The position numbers and the translations under genes are program-made. From assembly GCF_003334765.1 (NCBI RefSeq), contig NZ_QOWT01000027.1: a DNA stretch of 57,545 nt; one strand, given 5' to 3'. This document shows positions 16,816-30,055 of the stretch, one piece after another. The notes under the pieces were generated by a model, which saw nothing but the letters and a program-made list of their open reading frames with translations, did no database searches and was not told the origin of the DNA. This DNA comes from Escherichia coli (lineage in GTDB: Bacteria; Pseudomonadota; Gammaproteobacteria; Enterobacterales; Enterobacteriaceae). The first letter of the stretch is position 1, and every line of letters starts with the position of its first letter.

Positions 16816-17771
16816 TGAGTAAATCACACCCGCGCTGGCGCTTAGCAAAGAAGATCCTCACCTGGCTGTTTTTTATCGCGGTGATTGTGTTGCTGGTGGT
16901 CTACGCCAAAAAAGTGGACTGGGAAGAGGTCTGGAAGGTCATCCGCGACTACAATCGCGTTGCGCTGCTTAGTGCGGTCGGGCTGGTGGTCGTCAGCTAT
17001 CTGATTTACGGCTGCTATGACCTGCTCGCCCGCTTTTACTGCGGTCACAAACTGGCGAAGCGCCAGGTGATGCTGGTGTCGTTTATCTGCTACGCCTTCA
17101 ACCTGACGCTCAGTACCTGGGTCGGCGGCATTGGTATGCGCTATCGTTTGTACTCTCGTCTGGGGTTGCCCGGTAGCACTATTACGCGGATTTTCTCGCT
17201 CAGTATTACCACCAACTGGCTGGGCTACATTTTACTGGCAGGGATTATCTTTACCGCAGGCGTGGTGGAGTTGCCGGATCACTGGTATGTCGATCAAACT
17301 ACGCTGCGTATTCTCGGCATTGGCTTACTGATGATTATCGCGGTTTATTTGTGGTTTTGCGCTTTCGCGAAGCACCGCCATATGACCATCAAAGGGCAAA
17401 AGCTGGTGCTGCCTTCATGGAAATTCGCCCTCGCTCAGATGCTGATTTCCAGCGTTAACTGGATGGTAATGGGGGCGATTATCTGGCTGTTACTTGGTCA
17501 AAGCGTGAACTATTTCTTTGTACTGGGCGTGTTACTGGTTAGTAGTATTGCTGGCGTCATCGTGCATATTCCGGCGGGGATCGGTGTGCTGGAAGCGGTG
17601 TTTATCGCACTACTGGCTGGGGAGCATACCTCCAAAGGTACAATTATCGCCGCCCTACTCGCTTACCGTGTGCTGTATTACTTTATCCCACTGCTGCTGG
17701 CGCTGATCTGTTACCTGTTGCTGGAAAGCCAGGCGAAGAAGCTACGGGCGAAAAATGAAGCGGCGATGTGA
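16815..17771 (+). CDS. ybhN: inner membrane protein, UPF0104 / lysylphosphatidylglycerol-synthase-like TM domain
   Basis: 318-aa polytopic membrane ORF; start overlaps the clsB stop (TGATGA). Confidence 0.85.
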   Translation: MSKSHPRWRLAKKILTWLFFIAVIVLLVVYAKKVDWEEVWKVIRDYNRVALLSAVGLVVVSYLIYGCYDLLARFYCGHKLAKRQVMLVSFICYAFNLTLSTWVGGIGMRYRLYSRLGLPGSTITRIFSLSITTNWLGYILLAGIIFTAGVVELPDHWYVDQTTLRILGIGLLMIIAVYLWFCAFAKHRHMTIKGQKLVLPSWKFALAQMLISSVNWMVMGAIIWLLLGQSVNYFFVLGVLLVSSIAGVIVHIPAGIGVLEAVFIALLAGEHTSKGTIIAALLAYRVLYYFIPLLLALICYLLLESQAKKLRAKNEAAM

Positions 17772-17806
17772 AGTTTAGTTAAGTTCTTTAGTATGTGCAT
17801 TTACGG

Positions 17807-18520
17807 CTAATGAAAAAAACGCGTATGCCTTTGCCAGACAAGCGTTATAGCTATCGCGGCAAGTATCCCAAAGAAGCCGATAAAATAGTAATAGAGTGTT
17901 AATGCACCTGTAAAAGCGCAACGAACCGGACTCCACAACTCTTCACTATGGCATTTCCCCGCCAATTCAAGGAGCTTATTTCGTCCATGCGAGATAATGC
18001 CTGACCATAACACAATCATTAAGCAACTTATTACCCAAATGGGCCGTTCACTCATTAATGCCGCATTCACGATGATTACCAGGGCCAACCCTGTCAACGT
18101 CATCATAATGATAAAACGGTGAGAACCAGGATCAACATTAAATAATAAACCGGCCAGCATACTGATTAAAAACATCGCGCCCGCAGTGCTGAACACGATG
18201 ATAATGGCATATACAGGAACTAAACTTGCAACGACAATCGCCACCAAAGAGAGTAAAAACAGATATATTACGCCCGCGATGGCGGCATTTATCTTGTTGA
18301 TATCCTTACTTAAGCCATACATACAAAGTAATAATAACCCTATGGCGACATACATTGGTGGTGAATCATATTTGGTTGCCGTAATTTCGAGATACTTAGC
18401 TCCCCAGGCTAGTCCTGCGGTTGCCACCAAACCTAAAGCGGTAATGAGCCATATACCGTTTAATATCCTGGCCTCGTGCTGAAAATCTAATTTATTGCTG
18501 TTTTGCGAGTATGATTCCAT
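17807..18520 (-). CDS. ybhM: BAX inhibitor-1 (BI-1/YccA) family inner membrane protein
   Basis: 237-aa 7-TM-like ORF; visibly AT-rich (about 40% GC in sampled 60-mers). Confidence 0.8.
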   Translation of the reverse strand: MESYSQNSNKLDFQHEARILNGIWLITALGLVATAGLAWGAKYLEITATKYDSPPMYVAIGLLLLCMYGLSKDINKINAAIAGVIYLFLLSLVAIVVASLVPVYAIIIVFSTAGAMFLISMLAGLLFNVDPGSHRFIIMMTLTGLALVIIVNAALMSERPIWVISCLMIVLWSGIISHGRNKLLELAGKCHSEELWSPVRCAFTGALTLYYYFIGFFGILAAIAITLVWQRHTRFFH

Positions 18521-18724
18521 TCTTTTAGTTATCCTTAGAAAAAATATTAATATTCACCATCAATAAATTTAAAACCACGCATACAAAATACTTTTGCATT
18601 TATGGATACAGAAAACGCTTCCGCTCGTCCATAAGGCATATTTTATACCTGGTACTTGTTAAGTGTCGTTTTTAGTAAGAAAAAAATCCCGACACATGGC
18701 CGGGATAGTGATGGTGAAAAAGAA

Positions 18725-19429
18725 TTAACGGCGGTTGCCGAAGATCCGCAACAACATCAGGAACAGGTTGATGAAGTCCAGATACAAGGTTAACGCGCCA
18801 AGAATGGAATATTTGCGCAGGTTCGACGTGTCGCGGGTATCAATCTGCTCACCCATATTTTTCAGTTTCTGCGTGTCATACGCCGTCAATCCGACAAAGA
18901 CAATCACGCCGATGTAGGTAACTGCCCACATCAATGCTTCGCTTTTCAACCAGAAGTTGACCAGCGATGCCAGCACAATGCCGATTAACGCCATAAACAG
19001 CATATTGCCAAAGCCACTTAAATCGCGCTTCGTGGTGTAACCGTACAGGCTCATTGCGCCGAACATCCCGGCAGTAACGACGAAAGTACTGGCGATAGAA
19101 GCAGCGGTATAGACAATGAATATACTGGAAAGCGTAAGACCCGTCAGCGCCGAATAAAGCATAAAGAGCATCGTCGTTACACCTGCGCTCAGCTTTTGAA
19201 TCATCGCTGATAACACAATAACCAATGCTAATTGCGCGATGATCAGACCGATTAAAAAGACACGGTTAGTGAACAACAGCTCCATCACGGCCGCGGAATT
19301 AGCCGCATACCAGGCAACAAATGCGGTCAGCAACAAGCCAACGGTCATCCAGCCATAGACTTGAGCCATATAAGTTTGCAAGCCAGCCCGGGGTTGTACG
19401 ATTGAATCAGAACGTGGGAATCTGTCCAT
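18725..19429 (-). CDS. ybhL: BAX inhibitor-1 (BI-1/YccA) family inner membrane protein
   Basis: 234-aa polytopic ORF, paralogous family to ybhM. Confidence 0.85.
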   Translation of the reverse strand: MDRFPRSDSIVQPRAGLQTYMAQVYGWMTVGLLLTAFVAWYAANSAAVMELLFTNRVFLIGLIIAQLALVIVLSAMIQKLSAGVTTMLFMLYSALTGLTLSSIFIVYTAASIASTFVVTAGMFGAMSLYGYTTKRDLSGFGNMLFMALIGIVLASLVNFWLKSEALMWAVTYIGVIVFVGLTAYDTQKLKNMGEQIDTRDTSNLRKYSILGALTLYLDFINLFLMLLRIFGNRR

Positions 19430-19565
19430 GACGATCTCCTGAAGATATAAGGAATATCTTAAGGATACTGCAAAATGATGAGGCTGTGCATCGACGCAGC
19501 GTAAACGTATGTACTGAGCGGTGAAATTGCCGGACGCAGCGGTGCCTTATCCGGCTAACAAAAAA

Positions 19566-20018
19566 CTACCAGCGTTTTGCCGCCTGCTGATCGCTCTCCC
19601 GAGCTTCAACCCAGCGGTCGCCTTCCGGCGTGGCTTCGCGCTTCCAGAACGGTGCGCGGGTTTTGAGATAATCCATAATAAACTGCCCGGCTTCAAACGC
19701 ACTGCTGCGATGCGCACTGGTGACACCGACAAAAACGATTTCATCGCCCGGCCATAATTCCCCGATGCGGTGAATCACAGTGACGCGCCCCAGCGGCCAG
19801 CGGTTACGCGCTTCATCAACAATTTCTGCCAGTGCTTTTTCAGTCATCCCCGGATAGTGTTCGAGGGTTAATGCGTTGACGCTGTCGCCCAGGTTATGGT
19901 TGCGCACCTTACCAGTAAAGGTGACTACCGCACCGTCTTCGTCACGCTCCGCCAGCCACGGGTACTCTTCTCCTACGCTGAACGGCTGCGGACCAACAAC
20001 AATTTTGGTTTCTGCCAT
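19566..20018 (-). CDS. moaE: molybdopterin synthase catalytic subunit
   Basis: 150-aa ORF, last gene of the moaABCDE block. Confidence 0.9.
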   Translation of the reverse strand: MAETKIVVGPQPFSVGEEYPWLAERDEDGAVVTFTGKVRNHNLGDSVNALTLEHYPGMTEKALAEIVDEARNRWPLGRVTVIHRIGELWPGDEIVFVGVTSAHRSSAFEAGQFIMDYLKTRAPFWKREATPEGDRWVEARESDQQAAKRW

Positions 20019-20019
20019 C

Positions 20020-20265
20020 TTAACCTCCGGTTACCGGCGGGAAGAAAGCTACTTCGTCGCCGTCAGTCAGCGGATGGTCAAAACTCACCAGCGTCTGGTT
20101 GACGGCAGCCAGTAATTTGCCATCTTCCAGCGCCAGCGCCCAGCGATCGCTCTGCGCAGCCATGTGCTGGCGTAACGCTTCAACAGTTGGGAAATCCGCA
20201 GCCACTTCGGTTGCATCTGTTCCCACCAACTCGCGCACCTGGGCGAAAAAAAGAACTTTAATCAT
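20020..20265 (-). CDS. moaD: molybdopterin synthase sulfur-carrier subunit
   Basis: Start at internal Met ([12 protein letters not shown]...), 81 aa ending in the ubiquitin-like GG C-terminus; ORF track extends upstream to 20328. Confidence 0.85.
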
Positions 20266-20743
20266 CCGCTTCCACCTTAAAGTCACCCGACTTGCCGCCG
20301 CTCTTCGCCAGCAAACGTACCGGACCAATCACCATATCTTTTTGCACCGCTTTGCACATGTCATAAATGGTCAGCGCCGCCACGGAGGCCGCGGTTAATG
20401 CTTCCATTTCGACACCGGTTTTCCCGGTCAGGCGGCATAAGGTTTCTATACGCACCCGATTGTGCTCCGGCTCGGCCTGTAAATTGACTTCAACTTTGCT
20501 GAGCATCAGCGGATGACAGAGCGGGATCAGATCCCAGGTGCGTTTTGCCGCCTGAATACCGGCAATACGCGCAGTGGCAAATACGTCGCCTTTGTGGTGG
20601 CGACCATCAATAATCATCGCCAGCGTCTCGCTGCGCATGGTGACAAAGGCTTCCGCCCGCGCTTCACGCACGGTTTCCGCTTTGGCGGAGACATCCACCA
20701 TGTGCGCTTCGCCAGCGGCGTTGATATGGGTCAGTTGCGACAT
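20258..20743 (-). CDS. moaC: cyclic pyranopterin monophosphate synthase
   Basis: 161-aa ORF ([19 protein letters not shown]...). Confidence 0.9.
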
Positions 20744-20745
20744 AC

Positions 20746-21258
20746 TTATTTCTTCAAATGTGGATGGAAATTACACGGACGCGTACGGGCATCCAGCTGC
20801 GGCGCGATGATATTTTCCCATGCGGTACGGCACGCTTTGGTCGAACCCGGCATGGCGAAAATCAGCGTTTTGTTGGCGACGCCCGCTACCGCACGAGATT
20901 GCAACGTGGAAGTGCCAATCTCTTCAAACGACAACATCCGGAACACTTCACCAAAACCTTCAACTTCACGGTCGAACAACGGCAGCAATGCTTCGGGAGC
21001 CTGATCACCTTCCGTCAGGCCAGTACCACCCGTAATCAATACCACTTGTACATCGTCGCTGGCGATCCACGCAGATACCTGAGCGCGAATAGCATAGCGG
21101 TTTTCTTTCACAATGGCTTTATCGACAACGTGATGGCCCGCTTCTTGCGCCGAATCGCGCAGATAGTGACCGGAGGTATCGTCTTCTTCACCGCGACGAT
21201 TAGAAACCGTAAGAATAGCAATACGGGTCGGGATAAATTCAGTGCTTACCTGACTCAT
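20746..21258 (-). CDS. moaB: molybdenum cofactor biosynthesis protein B
   Basis: 170-aa MoaB/MogA-fold ORF. Confidence 0.9.
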
Positions 21259-21279
21259 CTGATCTCTCCTTTTGACGTT

Positions 21280-22269
21280 TTAGCCGCCAATGTACGATAA
21301 GTTTTGCGTAATACCGGTGTTGTTTTGATGCAGGAAATGGGTCTGTTTCTTCTCCCGCAGCGCCGCTGAAATACGCGCTTCCAGCGCCTGTTGCTGGGTA
21401 TCGTCTTCCAGCAGATCGCGCAGGTTAACGCCGCCTTCACCAAACAGGCAGAGATGGAGTTTACCAATGGAGGAAACGCGCAGGCGGTTGCAAGTGGCGC
21501 AGAAGTCTTTTTCATACGGCATGATAAGGCCAATCTCTCCGGCGTAATCTGGATGGCAAAAGACTTGCGCGGGACCGTCGCTGCGTTGACGTAATTGGTG
21601 GATCCAGCCGCGACGCAGTAGCTCGTCACGCAGAACCTGACCAGAGATGTGATGCTTACGGAAGAGCTCGCTGCCCTCGCCCGTTTCCATCAGTTCGATG
21701 AAACGCAGCTGGATAGGGCGATGCTGGATCCAGTTCAGAAAGGTGTCGAGCTGGTGATGATTAACATCACGCATCAGCACGGTATTGACTTTGACCTTCT
21801 CAAAACCGGCCTCAAATGCAGCATCAATCCCTGCCATGACCTGGTTGAATTTATCCTGCCCGGTAATAGCGTGAAACTGGCGGGCGTCCAGACTGTCGAC
21901 ACTGACGTTAATGCCAGTAAGTCCCGCATCGCGCCAGCTCGCCACATCGCGTTCCAGACGGTAACCATTGGTTGTGACCGCAATCTGGCGGATAGCGTCG
22001 TTTTCCCGCACAGCGGCGATGATATCGGTAAAGTCGCGGCGTAAAGACGGCTCTCCTCCTGTCAGGCGCACTTTTTCGGTGCCCAGACTGGCGAAGGCGC
22101 GCGTAACCCGGCGAATTTCATCGACGGTAAGAAAGCCTTTATTGGTGACGCCGCTCGGTTTGTAGCCATCCGGCAGGCAGTAGGTGCAACGAAAGTTACA
22201 CACATCGGTAATCGACAGGCGCAAGTAGTAAAACTTACGCGCAAATGCATCAGTCAGTTGTGAAGCCAT
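21280..22269 (-). CDS. moaA: GTP 3',8-cyclase (radical SAM)
   Basis: Start at Met 22269 ([15 protein letters not shown]...), 329 aa; radical-[11 protein letters not shown] and C-terminal second-cluster cysteines; the ORF-track extension to 22350 lies in the leader. Confidence 0.9.
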   Translation of the reverse strand: MASQLTDAFARKFYYLRLSITDVCNFRCTYCLPDGYKPSGVTNKGFLTVDEIRRVTRAFASLGTEKVRLTGGEPSLRRDFTDIIAAVRENDAIRQIAVTTNGYRLERDVASWRDAGLTGINVSVDSLDARQFHAITGQDKFNQVMAGIDAAFEAGFEKVKVNTVLMRDVNHHQLDTFLNWIQHRPIQLRFIELMETGEGSELFRKHHISGQVLRDELLRRGWIHQLRQRSDGPAQVFCHPDYAGEIGLIMPYEKDFCATCNRLRVSSIGKLHLCLFGEGGVNLRDLLEDDTQQQALEARISAALREKKQTHFLHQNNTGITQNLSYIGG

Positions 22270-22274
22270 GTACA

Positions 22275-22415
22275 CCTTTCCAGATACGGGAGGCGAAGTC
22301 ATTTCTTCCTTCGCCCTGGTGGCAATCTTTACGAGCATTGTCACGGCCAAAGCACCGTATCAGTTGACCCAGGTGCAGAGGCTAGAGTGTTTAGTGGTTA
22401 TGCCGATACTAGCGT
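22275..22415 (-). ncRNA. moaA 5' leader, expected position of the Moco riboswitch
   Basis: Long structured leader between the ModE box and the moaA RBS. Placement is from knowledge of the E. coli moaA leader; exact boundaries are not determined. Confidence 0.55.
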
Positions 22416-22444
22416 GTAAATGAGATTTTTACCATCCACACTTT

Positions 22445-22468
22445 CGCTATGTAATCATGTATATAGCG
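22445..22468 (-). promoter_or_regulatory. ModE-binding palindrome in the moaA promoter
   Basis: Perfect inverted repeat cgctat-gtaatcatgt-atatagcg upstream of the moaA leader. Confidence 0.7.
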
Positions 22469-22605
22469 TCATGGTCGTGCTATTTCGCTACAGAATAAGG
22501 GAAAATGGCGGTTTTACTTTGATATACATCATCAGGGAGGCATAGCGTGCATCGTCCTTTAGAGGTAGAAGAAAATAGTTTGTATCCTCAATATTGGCAG
22601 GTTAA

Positions 22606-23574
<969 letters not shown>

Positions 23575-23630
23575 CGGAAATCCGAAGGAAAATTCCGGCT
23601 TCCTATTGAAGACAAAGTGCGCGTTGTTTA

Positions 23631-23730
23631 TGCCGGATGCGGCGTGAACGCCTTATCCGGCCTACAAACCGCGCAAATTCAATATATTGCGGAGAAAATG
23701 TAGGCCTGATAAGCGTAGCGCATCAGGCTG
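23631..23730. repeat. RIP/BIME element (REP - IHF site - inverted REP)
   Basis: tgccggatgcggcgtgaacgccttatccggcctac ... caaattcaatatattgc ... gtaggcctgataagcgtagcgcatcaggc; near-identical to the copy at 6927..7025. Confidence 0.8.
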
Positions 23731-23765
23731 TTTTCCGTTTGTCATCAGTCTTCTTCGCTATCCTG

Positions 23766-25787
<2,022 letters not shown>

Positions 25788-25861
25788 GAGTCGCTACCTG
25801 AAGGAGTTGGGCGGGCAGGTATGTAATTTTACTCGTCGTACTTAATTATGCCAACAAATTA

Positions 25862-25881
25862 TACTGGATAAAAAAACAGTT
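25862..25881 (-). promoter_or_regulatory. LexA (SOS) box of uvrB
   Basis: tactggataaaaaaacagtt is the reverse complement of the known uvrB SOS box AACTGTTTTTTTATCCAGTA. Confidence 0.85.
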
Positions 25882-26183
25882 CATCACCATAATATTTCTG
25901 ATACAGCGTAAACTCCGCTGTCAATCATGAGCAAAATTTACTCTGTGGCGAGATAAAACTCCGGCCTTACCGGGTTATCCCCAAAGCAACGGCTTTTTTA
26001 ACATTTGTCAAGATGAGTGATGACAGTTTTATGGCAAGAGATGCCTGTTCAGTGACTGCCATTGCATTTATCTAACCAGTTAAAAAATAAAAGATATTTC
26101 TTTGAGCCGTCTTTAACGCCAATTCGCGTGCAAGCCGCGTATTCTCTCGCTTGCCTCGTGTTTTCTAACTCTAATACACATGG

Positions 26184-26206
26184 TTATCCACAGGAATAGT
26201 GGATAA
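26184..26206. promoter_or_regulatory. pair of inverted DnaA-box-like 9-mers in the uvrB upstream region
   Basis: ttatccaca (26184..26192) and agtggataa (26198..26206) 5 bp apart. Confidence 0.55.
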
Positions 26207-26365
26207 CTGTCTCCAGCCCCTATCCCCCGCCGCCTGGGCAATTCCCACATTCGCCGCATGAGGCGGAAGTAAAATTTTTTTCGTGATTATTTTAGAATTT
26301 AATTGGTTAAATTGCAGTCAATCGAAGACGCGATCTCGCTCGCAATTTAACCAAATACAGAATGG

Positions 26366-27043
26366 CTACAACAAGGCAAGGTTTATGTACTTTCCGGTTG
26401 CCGCATTTTCTGGATTTTCTGCAAGCCAGGGGATCTCTCCCAGCAGCGGCGCGGGAATCATGCGGGTGAGCGTGGTCATATATTCAGCGTGACGTTTTCC
26501 CGGAGGCGTAACATCGTTCGCCACCCAACCCGCCAGAGTCAGTCCGGCGTGTTGTATTACCTGTGCAGTCAACATCGCGTGATTAATACAGCCGAGTTTC
26601 ACACCAACTACCAGTATCACCGGCAGTTGTTCCTGTGTTACCCAATCTGCAAAAGTGAAAGTGTCAGAAAGCGGCGTAAACCAGCCGCCAGCACCTTCCA
26701 CTAACACCCAGTCAGCCTGTTGTTCAAGCGCGCGTAATCCGGCGCTCATTACCAATGATTCTATCGGTCTGCCCTCTTGCGCGCTGATGATGTGCGGCGA
26801 AGTGGGTTCTGCGAAGGTGTAAGGATTTACTGTTGCGTAATCCAGCTGCAGGCTGCTGTTGCGCTGTAACGCCAGCGCGTCGCTATTGCGTAAACCTTCC
26901 GGGGTCTTTTCGCTGCCAGAGGCGACCGGTTTATAACCTGCCGTCCGGTAGCCTGCTGCCTTTGCGGCTTGTAAAAGTGCACAACTGGCGACAGTTTTCC
27001 CCACTTCGGTATCCGTTCCGGTGACAAAATAACGTTTACTCAC
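26366..27043 (-). CDS. bioD: dethiobiotin synthetase
   Basis: 225 aa from the GTG start ([18 protein letters not shown]-loop); ORF track starts 2 codons upstream at ATG 27049. Confidence 0.85.
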
Positions 27044-27791
27044 GAGCAATCACTCCCAAAAAAAGATGATACGTCAGAGGATATCGCCCCTGCTGTTGCG
27101 GCCAGGCCAGTTGCAATCGCTGCAACTGCGAACGCGTTAATATTCGCGGGTCGCGCCCTTCATGAAGATGCGTGGCACCGATGCCTTTCAGCGAACGCAT
27201 GGCACTGAGCGCATCATCAAACCACAGCGTGATGGGCTGAATATGATGTTGATAATGCACGCCGTTCAGCGACTGTTCGATTTCATCTGGCGGTAAAAAG
27301 CGATTAGCATGCGGACGCTCGTCCACCGCCTGCCACGCCTGATGCAGTTCGGGTAACGATCCCTGCACCAGCGTGGTAAACGCGACCACGCCTTTGGGGC
27401 GCACCACCCGATACAGCTCGCGGAGTGCCGTGGATAAATTACCGCACCACTGCACTGCGAGATTGCTCCATGCAAGATCGAACGTCGCAGTCGCTAACGG
27501 CAGGGATTCGATATCTCCCGCCAGATAATGGTCTGCGGCATCCTTCTGGCGTGCCTGAACAAGCATTGGCGGCGAGAGATCTAAGGCCGTCACCTGCGCG
27601 TGACGTTCCCGCCAGTGGCGGCTCATCCAGCCAGGTCCACAACCCGCGTCCAGTACGTGGGTGTATTTACGCTGTGGAAGCATTGCCAGTAAGGCGTCAG
27701 CACTCTGGCGCTGTAGATCTGCATGTTGCTCATAGTGTGCGGCTGCCCGACCAAATGCCGCTGCAATGGCTTGTTTATTAACCGTTGCCAT
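27036..27791 (-). CDS. bioC: malonyl-ACP O-methyltransferase
   Basis: Start at internal Met ([22 protein letters not shown]...), 251 aa; SAM-binding DAGCGPG motif. Confidence 0.85.
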
Positions 27792-28932
27792 GCAGCACCT
27801 CCAGCAGACGGTCGATATCCTGCATTTCATGCGCAGCGGTTAGCGTTAAGCGCAGTCGCGCAGTACCAGCGGGTACGGTTGGCGGGCGAATCGCCGTGAC
27901 CCAGCAGCCTTGCTGGCGCAGTTTTTCTGCCAGTTGTAACGCACGGCTGTTATCACCGACAATCAATGGCTGGATGGCGCTGCATGAATCAGCAAGCGTA
28001 AACGGCAAATCCTGTACTCCGGCACGAAAACGCGTAATGAGTGCCGCCAGTTTTTCGCGCCGTGCATCACCCTCATCACTGCGAATGACCGCCAGCGACG
28101 CACGTAATGCCTGCGCCTGAGCGGGCGGCATACTGGTGCTGTAGATAAGGTGGCGGGCGAATTGCAGCAGATAATCCGCCACCGTACTGGAGCAAAGCAC
28201 CGCTGCCCCGCTGACGCCAAATCCTTTGCCAAAAGTCACTACCAGCAATTCTGGTTTTACCTTTTGCAGCCAGCAGCTGCCGCGCCCCTGCTCCCCGATA
28301 ACGCCCGTGCCGTGGGCATCATCGACCATCAACCAGCCATTGTGCTGTTGCGTTACCTGCTGGATTTCCGCCAGTGGCGCACTATCGCCGTCCATGCTGA
28401 ACACGCCTTCTGTCACCACCATTTGCTGCCCCGGACAGGGGGAAGCAAGCAATCGCGCCAAATGAGTGACATCGTTATGAGCAAAACGGCGAAGCTGCGA
28501 CGGGCTTAAACTGGCAGCTTCCAGCAATGAGGCATGGCTAAGCCGGTCGGCAGCAATACGGTCCTCTTTCGCCATCATCGCGGCAATAACTGCCTGATTA
28601 GCGGCGAAACCAGAGATAAACAGCAGTGCCCGCGAATAGCCAAGCCACTCGGCCAGCTCTTCTTCCAGTGCCTGATGCACCACGCTATAACCGCTGACGT
28701 GACCGGAGCCGCCGCTACCGATGCCAAATTGCTCCGCCCCCTGCTGCCAGGCACGGATAATTTGCGGATGATGGCTTAAACCTAAATAATCGTTACTGGA
28801 AAAGTTCAGATACTGGCGATCATCCGCCACCAGCCAGCGTCCGGCTCCTTGCGCCACCGGATAACGGCGACGCAGGGCATCGGCAGCACGCCGCGCATCG
28901 AGCGCCGCGTTGATTTTCTCCTGCCAGCTCAT
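27778..28932 (-). CDS. bioF: 8-amino-7-oxononanoate synthase
   Basis: 384-aa PLP-dependent aminotransferase class II ORF. Confidence 0.9.
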
Positions 28933-29969
28933 AATGCTGCCGCGTTGTAATATTCGTCGGTGTCCGGGGTCATCAGCGCCTGTTCAAGACGTTGCTGTTG
29001 TTCGTTATCCCCTGCCAGCACGGCAGTTTGCTGCGGATTTAGCCCCAGTTTGCGGAACAGTTGCAGGTCTTTATCTTCTTCCGGATTCGGCGTGGTCAGC
29101 AGTTTGCAACCGTAGAAAATCGAGTTTGCGCCTGCCATAAAGCACATCGCCTGAGTCTGTTCGTTCATCTGCTCGCGTCCGGCAGAAAGGCGCACGTAAG
29201 AGGTTGGCATCATGATCCGCGCGACCGCAATGGTGCGAATAAAATCAAAGGCATCGACATCATCGTTATCGGCAAGCGGCGTGCCTTTCACCTTCACCAG
29301 CATGTTGATTGGCACGCTTTCCGGCGGCGTCGGCAGGTTTGCCAGTTGCAGCAATAATCCGGCGCGATCTTTTACCGTTTCGCCTAAGCCCACAATGCCG
29401 CCAGAACAGACTTTGATCCCGGCATCGCGCACTTTTTCCAGCGTATCGAGGCGTTCCTGATAAGTGCGTGTGGTGATGATATTGCCGTAAAACTCCGGCG
29501 AGGTGTCCAGGTTGTGGTTGTAGTAATCCAGCCCGGCGTTCGCGAGGCGCTGCGCCTGAGATTCACTCAACGTGCCCAGCGTCATACACGCCTCCAGCCC
29601 CATCGCTTTTACCCCCTGCACCATTTGTTCCAGGTACGGCATATCGCGTTCGTGGGGATTCTTCCACGCCGCGCCCATACAGAAGCGCGTCGATCCTGCC
29701 GCTTTCGCTTTGCGCGCCGACTCCAGCACCTGTTCAACTTCCATCAACCGCTCGGCTTCCAGCCCGGTTTTGTAGCGCGAGCTTTGCGGGCAGTATTTGC
29801 AATCTTCCGGACAAGCTCCGGTCTTAATCGACAGCAACGTGCTGACCTGCACCTGACGAGGATCGAAATGCTGGCGATGCACCTGCTGCGCTTCAAACAG
29901 CAGATCCAGCAACGGTTTTTCAAATAATTCTGTGACTTGCGACAATGTCCAGCGTGGGCGGTGAGCCAT
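28929..29969 (-). CDS. bioB: biotin synthase (radical SAM)
   Basis: 346-aa ORF with CPEDCKYC radical-SAM motif. Confidence 0.9.
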   Translation of the reverse strand: MAHRPRWTLSQVTELFEKPLLDLLFEAQQVHRQHFDPRQVQVSTLLSIKTGACPEDCKYCPQSSRYKTGLEAERLMEVEQVLESARKAKAAGSTRFCMGAAWKNPHERDMPYLEQMVQGVKAMGLEACMTLGTLSESQAQRLANAGLDYYNHNLDTSPEFYGNIITTRTYQERLDTLEKVRDAGIKVCSGGIVGLGETVKDRAGLLLQLANLPTPPESVPINMLVKVKGTPLADNDDVDAFDFIRTIAVARIMMPTSYVRLSAGREQMNEQTQAMCFMAGANSIFYGCKLLTTPNPEEDKDLQLFRKLGLNPQQTAVLAGDNEQQQRLEQALMTPDTDEYYNAAAL

Positions 29970-30012
29970 GGGGCTTCTCCAAAACGTGTTTTTTGTTGTT
30001 AATTCGGTGTAG

Positions 30013-30050
30013 ACTTGTAAACCTAAATCTTTTCAATTTGGTTTACAAGT
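30013..30050. promoter_or_regulatory. bio operator (BirA binding site) within the divergent bioA/bioBFCD promoter
   Basis: Long palindrome acttgtaaacc-taaatcttttcaattt-ggtttacaagt between the bioB and bioA starts. Confidence 0.85.
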
Positions 30051-30055
30051 CGATT

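Noticed and set aside
19528-19558. REP-like sequence between ybhL and moaE
   Set aside because: Only a partial, degenerate match to the REP consensus (gccggacgcagcggtgccttatccggc); too weak to annotate.
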